From Betaproteobacteria bacterium (GTDB taxonomy: Bacteria > Pseudomonadota > Gammaproteobacteria > Burkholderiales > SG8-39), in the NCBI GenBank assembly GCA_016713125.1, contig JADJPT010000007.1, forward strand, positions 29,198 to 93,197: 64,000 nt of DNA, written 5' to 3'. The number at the start of each line of letters is the position of its first letter. Positions within the stretch are counted from its first letter, which is position 1. The translations under genes and the position numbers were made by a program. Positions 1 through 8,188 of the stretch are shown one piece after another. The notes below the pieces were generated by a model. The model was not told where the DNA came from and made no database searches. It saw only the letters and a program-made list of their open reading frames with translations.

Positions 1-243
1 ATGAAGCTGGAAGGCGAGATCATGAAGACCGTCGACCAGCAGCTGGGCGCCATCGGACGGCCCGGGCGCGTGTTCTTCGTCACCCTGCTGCCCAAGACGC
101 GCTCGGGCAAGGTGCTGCGCCGCTCGATCGCCGCGCTGGCCGAGGGCCGCGACCCGGGCGATCTCACCACCATCGAGGATCCGGCTTCGCTGGAGCAGAT
201 CCGCAATGCATTGTCATCCACGCAAACCAAAGGAAACCCATGA
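1..243 (+). CDS. C-terminal end of an AMP-forming acyl-CoA synthetase (acetate/propionate-CoA ligase type); the 5' part lies outside the window
   Basis: Open from position 1. ...FFVTLLPKTRSGKVLRRSI... is the C-terminal lysine motif of ANL adenylating enzymes. The stop overlaps the next start (ATGA, 240-243). Confidence 0.7.
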   Translation: MKLEGEIMKTVDQQLGAIGRPGRVFFVTLLPKTRSGKVLRRSIAALAEGRDPGDLTTIEDPASLEQIRNALSSTQTKGNP

Positions 244-647
244 AAACCCGCCCCATGCTGACCCTGGCCGACGTCAAGAAGATCGCCGCCGAAGCCGAAG
301 CCGAAGCCATCCGCAACAAGTGGGAGGTGGCCATCGCCATCCTCGACGACGGCGGCCACCTGATGGGCCTGATGCGCATGGACGGCGCCACGCCTGCCAA
401 CGCCACCATCGCCATCGAGAAGGCGCGCACCTCGGCCCTGTCGCGGCGCACCAGCGGCTTCTGGGAGGAGCGCATCAAGTCCGGGCGCGTGTCCATGCTC
501 AAGATGCCCGGCGTGTTGCCGGTGCAGGGCGGCGTGCCGATCATGGCCGAGGGCGTGTGCGTGGGCGCGGTGGGTGTTTCCGGCGTGCAGTCGCACGAGG
601 ACGAGCAGATTGCCAACGCCGGCATCAAGGCCGTGATCCCCGGCTAG
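240..647 (+). CDS. GlcG/HbpS-like (DUF336) small protein
   Basis: 135-aa ORF translationally coupled to the upstream ligase. The pattern ...AIAILDDGGHLMGLMRMDGA...AIEKARTSA...GGVPI... is typical of GlcG/DUF336. Codons are GC3-rich. Confidence 0.7.
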   Translation: MKTRPMLTLADVKKIAAEAEAEAIRNKWEVAIAILDDGGHLMGLMRMDGATPANATIAIEKARTSALSRRTSGFWEERIKSGRVSMLKMPGVLPVQGGVPIMAEGVCVGAVGVSGVQSHEDEQIANAGIKAVIPG

Positions 648-656
648 GCGCGCGCC

Positions 657-935
657 ATGACTGCCGCCGTCCCCACCCAGTTCATCGACAACGAGCGCAC
701 GCGCGTGACCGAATGGCGCTTCGCCCCCGGCGCCTCCACCGGCTTTCACCGCCACGGCTACGACTACGTGGTGGTGCCGCTGCTGGACGGCGCGCTGCGC
801 ATCGTCGAAGGCGGGCAGGAGAAGCGCGTCGAGCTGAAGAAAGGCGTGCCTTACTTCCGCCAGACCGGCGTCGAGCACGACGTGATCAACGCCAACGACT
901 ACGAGTACGCCTTCATCGAGATCGAGATGAAGTGA
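657..935 (+). CDS. cupin-domain protein
   Basis: 92-aa ORF with a cupin motif (GFHRHGYDYVVVPLLDG...VEHDVIN). It starts 10 nt after the previous stop. Confidence 0.65.
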   Translation: MTAAVPTQFIDNERTRVTEWRFAPGASTGFHRHGYDYVVVPLLDGALRIVEGGQEKRVELKKGVPYFRQTGVEHDVINANDYEYAFIEIEMK

Positions 936-951
936 GCCCGCCGGGGCACGA

Positions 952-1008
952 TTCTCGAACTTTCTAAACGGAAAGTCCGCTCCTGGAGCGGCTTTCCGGT
1001 CAGTTTTT
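952..1008. repeat. REP-like extragenic palindromic element, copy 1; also a likely terminator between convergent genes
   Basis: TTCTCGAACTTT (952-963), then the 28-nt palindrome GGAAAG-T-CCGCTCC-T-GGAGCGG-CTTTCC (970-997), then a T5 run (1004-1008). The 16-nt core TCCGCTCCTGGAGCGG is identical to 59719-59734. Confidence 0.6.
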
Positions 1009-1045
1009 GTATCGGTAAAGATACATTTCCGAGGCCGGCGCCACC

Positions 1046-2794
1046 TCAGGGCAGGATCACTTCCGGTCCGCCGGCGTGCAGTTTCTCGACCAGCGCGGCG
1101 CGCCGCGCGAGCACCGCACGCTGGTTGATGTAGCCCTTGTCGGTGATCTCGTTGGCGTCGATCGAGGGCGGCTCCTCCAGCACCAGCAGGCGCGCCGGCG
1201 CGGTCGAACTGCCGGTGGACTCGGCGTGCAGCTTCGCCAGCGCGGCCTGCAGGCGCGCGCGCACGCCGGCCGTGTCCAGCCCCAGCGCCTTGGCGGCGGC
1301 CGGGTTGACGAACAGCAGCGCGCCCCTCTCCTCGCGGTCGTGGCCGGTGATCACCGCGTCCTGCAGCAGCGGGTCGCAGGCGGCGATCAGCTTCACGCGC
1401 ACCGCGCCCACGTGCACCCAGGTGCCCGACATCAGCTTGAAGTCCTCGGCCACGCGGCCGTCGAAGACGATGCCGCGCGCCGGGTCGGCGGGGTCGGCCA
1501 GCTTCATGGCGTCGCCGATGCGGTAGTAGCCTTCCTCGTCGAAGGCCGCGGCGGTGAGCGCCGCGCTCCTCCAGTAGCCCGGCGTGACGTTCGGTCCGCG
1601 CACGCGCACCTCGAGTTTGCCGGCGGCCGGCACCAGCTTGAGTTCGGTGCCCGGGCCGGGCACGCCGACCACGCCGGCGCGTTCGATGGGGTAGTGCACG
1701 CAGGTGGCCATCGGCGAGGTCTCGGTCGAACCCCAGGCCGAGAGCATCGCCAGCTCGCCGCCGCGCTCGGCGAGCGCCAACGCCTCGAGCCGCTCCCAGA
1801 GGTTCTGCGGCAGGGCCGCACCGGCGTAGAACACCGCGTCCAGCCGGCGGAAGAAGCTCTTGCGCAACCCGGCGTCGGCTTCGAGGTAGGGCAGCAGCAG
1901 GTCGAAACCGCGCGGCACGTTGAAGTACAGCGTGGGCGAGACCTCGCGCAGGTTCCTCACCGTGGTCTCGACCAGGCCCGGCGCGGGCTTGCCGCCGTCG
2001 ACGTGCAGCGTGCCGCCATTCCGCAGCACCATGTTGAAGGTCGCGTTGCCGCCGAAGGTGTGGTTCCAGGGCAGCCACTCGCACAGGACCGGCGGGCGCT
2101 CGTCGAGGAAGGGCCACAGCTGCGCCCAGCTCTGCTGGTTGGAGCACAGCATGCGGTGCGTGTTGACCACGCCCTTGGGCGTGCCGGTCGAGCCCGAGGT
2201 GAACAGGATCTTGGCCACCGTGTCCGGGGTGATGGCGGCGAAAGCGGCGTCGATGCGCGCACCCGGTTCGGCCTGCAGCAGCTCTTCCAGCGGCGTGGCC
2301 GTGGCGCCGACCGCGGCCAGCGCCGGCGCGAACTTCTGCGCGTCGTCGACGTACACCAGGCCCGGGCGCAGCAGCTCGAAGATGCCCTTGAGCTTGGCGT
2401 GGTCCCTGGACATCAGCGAATAGGCCGGCGAGATCGGCGCCACCGGCACGCCGGCGTGCAGGGCACCCAGCGCGAGCAGGGCGTGGTCGACGGCGTTGTC
2501 CGAGAGGATGGCCACCGGCCGCTCGGCCGAAAGCCCGCGCGCGAGCAGTGCCTCGCCGATGCGCCGCGCCGCCTGCAGCGCCTCGGCGTAGCTCACCTGC
2601 CGCCAAGCTTCGCCGCGGCGCTCGGCGAGGAACACGCGCTGCGGGGCGCTGTGCGCCCAGTGCGCCAGCCACTCGCCCAGCGCGCGCGGGTAGGGGCCCA
2701 GCGGTTCCGGCGAGCGCAGCAGCAGCGCGCCGTCGGTGCGGGGTTCGAGGGCCGCGCGCGGCGGCGCGAACCTGAGCGTGGTGTGCAGCTTCAT
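1046..2794 (-). CDS. fcs: feruloyl-CoA synthase-like AMP-dependent CoA ligase
   Basis: ORF 1046..3166 trimmed to the ATG at 2792-2794 (MKLHTTLRFAPP...). Carries the adenylation motif [11 protein letters not shown]. The N-terminal LLLRSPEPLGPYPRALGEWLAHWA... pattern resembles Fcs-type hydroxycinnamate ligases. Confidence 0.7.
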   Translation of the reverse strand: MKLHTTLRFAPPRAALEPRTDGALLLRSPEPLGPYPRALGEWLAHWAHSAPQRVFLAERRGEAWRQVSYAEALQAARRIGEALLARGLSAERPVAILSDNAVDHALLALGALHAGVPVAPISPAYSLMSRDHAKLKGIFELLRPGLVYVDDAQKFAPALAAVGATATPLEELLQAEPGARIDAAFAAITPDTVAKILFTSGSTGTPKGVVNTHRMLCSNQQSWAQLWPFLDERPPVLCEWLPWNHTFGGNATFNMVLRNGGTLHVDGGKPAPGLVETTVRNLREVSPTLYFNVPRGFDLLLPYLEADAGLRKSFFRRLDAVFYAGAALPQNLWERLEALALAERGGELAMLSAWGSTETSPMATCVHYPIERAGVVGVPGPGTELKLVPAAGKLEVRVRGPNVTPGYWRSAALTAAAFDEEGYYRIGDAMKLADPADPARGIVFDGRVAEDFKLMSGTWVHVGAVRVKLIAACDPLLQDAVITGHDREERGALLFVNPAAAKALGLDTAGVRARLQAALAKLHAESTGSSTAPARLLVLEEPPSIDANEITDKGYINQRAVLARRAALVEKLHAGGPEVILP

Positions 2795-2866
2795 CCTGTC
2801 TCCATCCGTCTGTTCTTGTAGCCGCCATTGTGATGGGACAATGCGGGCCGGGGAAGGGCAAACCGG

Positions 2867-3331
2867 TTGAACATGGGGGGGAACTTCGACATGCAGGATC
2901 CTGCATCTGCAGCGGGCCGGGAGGAAGCCGCCGGCGGCGACTCGCCCGCGGCGCTCGCCGACCTGCTGACGCGCTTCGGCAAGGCCTACTTCAAGGCCGA
3001 CGCCGTGCAACTCGCGTTGTGCGTGACGGCGGATTTCGAATGGCGGCAGCACGAGGGGCCGGGCGTGCAGGGTGCGGTGATCCGCGGCGCGGAGGCGGTG
3101 TGCGCCGAGGTCCTGCGCCGCAAGGCGCAATGGCGCGAGGTGCGCTACTCGGATTTCGAGAATCACTTTGCGCCCGGGCTGATCGTCTCGACCTTCGAAG
3201 TCGCCGGCATCGACGAAAGCGGCGCGGAGTTTCGCGTGCGCGCCGTCGATCTCTACCCGGTGCGCGAGGGGCGCATCGCACGCAAGGACAGCTTCTGGAA
3301 GTACGATCGCGCCGCGCTGCGCGGCGCCTGA
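2867..3331 (+). CDS. SnoaL/NTF2-like fold protein
   Basis: 154-aa ORF, GC3-rich. The C-terminal ...VDLYPVREGRIARKDSFWKY is typical of SnoaL-like proteins. The start is uncertain (TTG 2867, ATG 2873 or ATG 2891). Confidence 0.5.
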   Translation: MNMGGNFDMQDPASAAGREEAAGGDSPAALADLLTRFGKAYFKADAVQLALCVTADFEWRQHEGPGVQGAVIRGAEAVCAEVLRRKAQWREVRYSDFENHFAPGLIVSTFEVAGIDESGAEFRVRAVDLYPVREGRIARKDSFWKYDRAALRGA

Positions 3332-3346
3332 GCGCGAAGCGCCGGA

Positions 3347-3374
3347 GTCAGCAGTCAGCAGTCAGCCGTCAGCC
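3347..3374. repeat. heptanucleotide tandem repeat (GTCAGCM x4)
   Basis: GTCAGCA GTCAGCA GTCAGCC GTCAGCC between convergent genes. The last unit contains the deaminase stop codon. Confidence 0.8.
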
Positions 3375-3879
3375 CGCGCCGCGCGCGGCGAAGGTCTCGA
3401 AGGTCGCGCGCGCCTCGTCCTCGAGCAGCGGGCCGTGCACCTCGACCCCCTGCGGCGCCAGCGCCAGCATGTGGCGGCAGTTCACGGCGCCGGGCATCGC
3501 GCCGGCGGACTTGGGCATGTAGGTCATGGCCACTTCGGCGCTGATGCCGAACAGCACACGCTTCAGGCCCATGCGCATGATGGCGCCCGAGCACATCGGG
3601 CAGGGCTCGCCGCTCGCGTACATGGTGGCGCCGGCGAAGCGCAGCACCGGCACCGCTTTGGCCGCGACGCGAAACGCGTTGGTTTCGGCGTGCGCGGTCG
3701 GGTCGCGGTCGGTGACGATGGTGTTCTCGGTCGCGGCCAGCACCTCGCCGTCGGCGGCCACCAGCACCGCGCCATAGGGCATGTTGCCGTGCTTGCGCGC
3801 TTCGTCCGAGAGGCGGATCGCCTCGCGCAGGTGCTACAGGTCGGTGGCGGGGGGGGGCGGTGCTGGAGGTCGTGCTCAC
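3369..3879 (-). pseudogene. CDA-fold nucleoside/guanine deaminase, 5' end disrupted (homopolymer frameshift plus in-frame TAG)
   Basis: ORF 3369..3782 (MPYGAVLV...; zinc motifs HAE and PCPMC) lacks the usual N-terminal helix. That helix (HLREAIRLSDEARKHGN) is encoded in frame directly after a TAG (3835-3837). The GTG at 3877-3879 is in frame only if the G9 run at 3849-3857 is one base shorter. Confidence 0.6.
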
Positions 3880-4142
3880 GTGGGTGTTCCTCGGTGGCCT
3901 GGGTTCGGTTCGCAAAGCTATTGTCGGGATGCGGAAAGCTGCCTGTGCGCGAGAGTATAGAACGTGAGGAAGTTGCATGGCGTTGGTCGATTTCGGGGGC
4001 GGAACCGCGTGTTCGATGCCCTTCGCGAGCAGCAAAGCTGCACGCGTTTGCGCGAAAGCTATGCTGCCCGGCGTCGGATTTATGTTGTGTCCGGCGCCGG
4101 GCATTGAATAAGATTGAAGCTACATAGCTTTCCGGAGTCCCC

Positions 4143-4829
4143 GTGATCGACCTGTACAGCTGGCCCACGCCCAACGGCCAGAAGATCCAGATCATGCTGG
4201 AGGAGGCCGGCCTCGAATACCGGGCGCACGCGGTCGACATCCAGGCGGGCGAGCAGTTCCTACCGGCGTTCCTCGCCATCAGCCCCAACAACAAGATTCC
4301 CGCCATCGTCGACCACGGCGAGCCCGGCGAGGAGCCGCTGCCGGTGTTCGAGAGCGGCGCCATCCTGCTGCACCTGGCGGAGAAGAGCGGCCGGTTCCTG
4401 CCCGCCGGCCGCACGCCACGCAAGGAAACCATCGAATGGCTGGTGTTCCAGGTGAGCAGCCTGGGACCCATGCTGGGCCAGGCCACGCATTTCCGCCGCT
4501 ACGCCAAGGCCGAAGTCGAGTACGCCATCGAGCGCTACACGCGCGAGGCGCAGCGCCTGTACGGGGTCCTGGAGCGCAGGCTGGACGGGCGCGACTGGCT
4601 GGCGGCCGGGGAGTACACCATCGCCGACATCGCCACCTTTCCGTGGGTCTGCCGCCACCGGCGCCAGGGCGTGGACATCGCGGAGTTTCCGAACGTGGCG
4701 CGCTGGCTGGCGCGCATCGGCACGCGGCCGGCGGTGCTGCGCGGCATGGACCTGCTCAAGGACGCGGTGAAAGGCAGCCCGATGGACGAGAAGGCTCACG
4801 CCACCCTGTTCGGCAAGGCCGCCACATGA
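4143..4829 (+). CDS. glutathione S-transferase (Nu-class, YfcG/YghU-like)
   Basis: 228 aa. MIDLYSWPTPNGQKIQIMLEEAGL...ISPNNKIPAIVDH... matches the YfcG-type GST N-terminal domain. Confidence 0.75.
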   Translation: MIDLYSWPTPNGQKIQIMLEEAGLEYRAHAVDIQAGEQFLPAFLAISPNNKIPAIVDHGEPGEEPLPVFESGAILLHLAEKSGRFLPAGRTPRKETIEWLVFQVSSLGPMLGQATHFRRYAKAEVEYAIERYTREAQRLYGVLERRLDGRDWLAAGEYTIADIATFPWVCRHRRQGVDIAEFPNVARWLARIGTRPAVLRGMDLLKDAVKGSPMDEKAHATLFGKAAT

Positions 4830-6584
4830 GCGACACCATCGCAGCGGCGATCGCCCGCGCCAACGCCGCCTGCGGCCAGGCCACGGCCTTCCTGCTCGAG
4901 GGCGCGCCGCCCATCACCCATGCCGACTTCAATGTCGCGGTGGCGGCGGCCGCGCGTGCGCTGGCCGCCGCCGGTGCGCGGCCGGCGCACCGCATCGCCT
5001 TCCTCGCGCCGCGCTCGCCGCTGGGGCTGAGCGGCTTCGTGGCGATTTCTTCGGTGGCCGTGTGCGCGCCGCTGAACCCGCGCATGAACGAAGCCGAATT
5101 CGCCGCCGCCTTCGCTTCGCTGGGCATATCGGCGCTGGTGTCCGGCGTCGGCCGGACGCCGGCCCTGGACATCGCTGCGCGCGTCGGGCTGCCGGTGTTC
5201 CTGCTCTCGGAGGCGGGCCTCGCACCGGCCGGCGCGCCGTGCGATTTCCCCGCGATGCCGGACACCGGGCGGGCCGACGTTCCGGCCGGCGAGCGGCCCG
5301 CGCTGCTCATGCAGACCTCGGGCACCACCTCGAATCCAAGCTGGTCCTGCTCTCGACGGCAACGTGCTGGCCGCGGCCGGCGCCATCGGCTCGGCATTCT
5401 CGCTCGGGCGCGACGACCTGTGCCTGAACCCCATGCCGCTGCATCACGTGCACGGCCTGATCGGTGCCGGCATCTCTTCGCTGCTGGCCGCCTCGGCCTG
5501 CTTCTGCACGCCGTCGTTCTCTGCCGATGCGTTCGACAAGTGGTATCGCGCGTTCAGCCCGAGCTGGTTCACGGCTTCGCCCGCCATGCATCTCGCGTTG
5601 CGCGAAGTACCGGCCGGCGCCGCGCCGGCAAACCCGCGGCTGCGCTTCCTGCGTTCGTCTTCGGCACCGCTGCCGGCGGCGATCATCGCCGAGCTCGAAA
5701 CCCTGTTCGGCGCGCCGCTGATCGAAACCTACGGCCTGACCGAAACTGCCTCGATGATCTGCACCAACCCGCTGCCCCCGGCGCGCCGCAAGACCGGCTC
5801 GGTGGGCGTGGCGTGGGGCGCGGAGATGTGCATCATCGACGAGCAGGGCAAGGCGCTGCCGGCCGGCGAGGACGGCGAGATCGCGGTGCGCGGGCCCAGC
5901 GTCATCGCGGCATATGGCGAGGGCGCCGCGGAGGGGTATTTCGTCGGCGACTGGCTGCGCACCGGCGACCTCGGCCATGCCGACGCCGAGGGCTACTACT
6001 TCATCACCGGGCGCAAGAAGGAACTGATCAAGCGCGGCGGCCTGTCGGTGTATCCGGCCGAAGTCGACAACGCGCTCACCGGCGATGCGCGGGTGGCCGA
6101 AGCCGTGGCCTTCGCCGTGCCGCACCCCAGCCTGGGCGAGGAACTGGTGGCTGCGGTGGTGCCGGCCGGCGGCGTGGCGCTCGATGGCGGCGCGCTCAGG
6201 CTGGCGCTGATGGAGAAGCTCTCCTCCTACAAGGTGCCGGCGGAGATCTTCGTGGTCGAGTCGATCCCGAAGAACGAGGCCGGCAAGTTCTTCCGGCGCG
6301 AAATGGCACAGAAGTTCGCCGCGCTGCTGGCGCCTCGCGGTCAGGCACCCGGCTCGGCGCTCGAGTCGCAGTTGCTCGAAGCCTGGCGTGAGGTCCTGCA
6401 GCGCCAGGACATGGGCGTGACCGACAACGTCTGCCTGATGGGCGCCGATCCGCTGCGCGCCGAGAACCTGGTCGAGGCGCTCGCGCGCCGCGGCGTGCCG
6501 GGCCTGCGCGCCAAAGACGTGTACGCTGCGATGACGGTGCGCGAGCAGGCCGCACTGCTGGAAGCGCGGGGGAGGCAAGCGTGA
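4826..6584 (+). pseudogene. AMP-dependent synthetase/ligase with a C-terminal carrier-protein-like domain; frame broken twice as sequenced
   Basis: The ATG at 4826 overlaps the GST stop (ATGA). The protein reads ...LLMQTSGTTS in one frame, KLVLLST in a second, and NVLAAAGAIGSAF... to the stop at 6584 in a third. Single-base losses lie at ~5336 and ~5359. The last ~75 aa look like a PCP/ACP helix bundle but read GADPL where GGDSL is expected. Confidence 0.7.
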
Positions 6585-7364
6585 TCGACAGGGAATTCTG
6601 CGCGCTGGACCGTCAGGGTGCGGTGCTGGTGGTGTACCTGAAGCGGCCCGAGCGCCTGAACGCCCTGCATTCGCCAGCGCATTTCGAGCTCTCGGCGGTG
6701 TTCGATGAAGTCGAAGCCGATCCGGCGCTGCGCTGCGCCGTGATCACCGGTTGGGGCGACAAGGCGTTCTGCGCCGGCAATGACCTCAAGTTCCAGGCCG
6801 CGGGCGGCAGCATGGAACGCCCGGCGACAGGATTCGCCGGCCTGACCAAACGCTACGACCGCCGCAAGCCGGTGATCGCCGCGGTGAACGGCGTGGCTTT
6901 CGGCGGCGGTTTCGAGATCACGCTGGCCGCCGACATCTGCGTCGCCGCCGAGAACGCGGCCTTCGCGCTGACCGAAGCGAAGGTGGGCCTCGCGCCGCTG
7001 GCCGGCATGCACCTGCTGCCGCGCCGCGTCGGGCTGAAAGTGGCGATGGGCACCATGCTGACCGGGCGCATGATCGGCCCCGAGCGCGCGCGCACGCTGG
7101 GCTTGGTGAACGACGTGACCAAGCCGGGCGAGTCGCTGGCCAGGGCCCTGGAATGGGCGCGCTCGATCGAGGAATGCTCGCCCGCCGCGGTGGCCACCAT
7201 TCTCGATGTGGTGCGCTCCGGCCTGCGCTTCGCCGACGAACGGCAGGCCCTGGAGCACGCCTACCCGAGCCTCGAGGAATTGCGCAGCCATCCCGATTTC
7301 GCCGAAGGGCCGCGCGCCTTCGCGGAGAAACCACCCGCAATGGCAAAAGCAGTCCCGCGATTAG
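6581..7364 (+). CDS. enoyl-CoA hydratase/isomerase (crotonase) family protein; 3' end needs a frame correction
   Basis: The GTG at 6581 overlaps the upstream stop (GTGA). Crotonase motifs FCAGNDL and VNGVAFGGGFEI are present. As sequenced, the ORF runs on to 7618 across the next gene. A shift near 7325-7336 gives ...QWQKQSRD and a TAG at 7362-7364. Confidence 0.6.
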
Positions 7365-7433
7365 GCCGCCAGGCCGCGCCCCGCCTGGTCGGGCAGCCTG
7401 CGCCAGATCGCGCAGGGCTATCGCGCCGATGCA

Positions 7434-8186
7434 GTGCCGGGCGCGCCGCGCCATGTGCAGTTCCACCACGGCATCGCCAGGCTGATCGAACTGGGCAGGC
7501 TCAGGCTCGGCTCCCAGCTGCCGCCCGAGCAGGTGCTGGCGGCTGCCGTGCGCCTGAGCCTGGGTACCGTGCAGAAGGCGCTGGCCAACCTTGCCAGCGA
7601 AGGCTGGATCTCGCGTGAACATGGCCGCGGCACCTTCGTGCAGGGCCCGCGCAAGCCGCTCGCCGACCTGTGGCATTTCCGTTTCCACCGCCAGCCCGGC
7701 GGCGAGCCGCTGCCGGTGTACTCGACGCTGTTGTCGCGGCGGGCGCTGCGGCTGGAAGCGGGGCCGGTGGTCGAGGCGCTCGGCGCCGACGCGGCCGGCT
7801 ACATCGAACTCACGCGCCTGATCAGCGGCGACGATCGCGCTTACTGCTGGAGCCAGATCTTTCTGCGCGCCTCGAAATTCCGCCGCCTGCTCGACATGCC
7901 GCAGAGCGCGCTGGAGAGCATCAACCTCAAGGAGGTGTTCGCGCGCGAATTCGCCTGCCCGACGCTTTCCGTGGTGCAGTACGGCAGGATCACGACGCTC
8001 AGCCCCGAGGCCTGCCGCGCGCTCAAGCGCCGGCGCGCGGTCACCGGGTTCCGCCTGCGCATCGTCGCCAGTTCGCATGGCAACACGCCTTTTTCGCTTC
8101 AGTACATCGAATTCCCCGAGAATTCTGTTGAAATCGATTTATCCACCGGCTCGGCTGCGCCGGGCTCAATCACTTCAAGGCAATAA
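7434..8186 (+). CDS. GntR-family transcriptional regulator with a UTRA-type effector domain
   Basis: Winged-helix pattern HHGIARLIELGRLRLGSQLPPEQVLAAAVRLSLGTVQKALANLASEGWISREHGRGTFV. GTG start at 7434 (alternative 7452). Confidence 0.7.
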   Translation: MPGAPRHVQFHHGIARLIELGRLRLGSQLPPEQVLAAAVRLSLGTVQKALANLASEGWISREHGRGTFVQGPRKPLADLWHFRFHRQPGGEPLPVYSTLLSRRALRLEAGPVVEALGADAAGYIELTRLISGDDRAYCWSQIFLRASKFRRLLDMPQSALESINLKEVFAREFACPTLSVVQYGRITTLSPEACRALKRRRAVTGFRLRIVASSHGNTPFSLQYIEFPENSVEIDLSTGSAAPGSITSRQ

Positions 8187-8188
8187 AA

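Noticed and set aside
3978-4118. 46-aa ORF (MALVDFGGGTACSMPF...) with a GAGGAAG upstream, in the 260-bp GC-poorer region between the deaminase and the GST. Also recurring GAAAGCTAT motifs (about 3912, 4056, and 4125 on the reverse strand).
   Set aside because: GC3 content is far below that of real genes in this window, and there is no recognisable family. The motif recurrence is short (8-9 nt) and could be chance. It may be a promoter/operator region, but I cannot support a specific feature.
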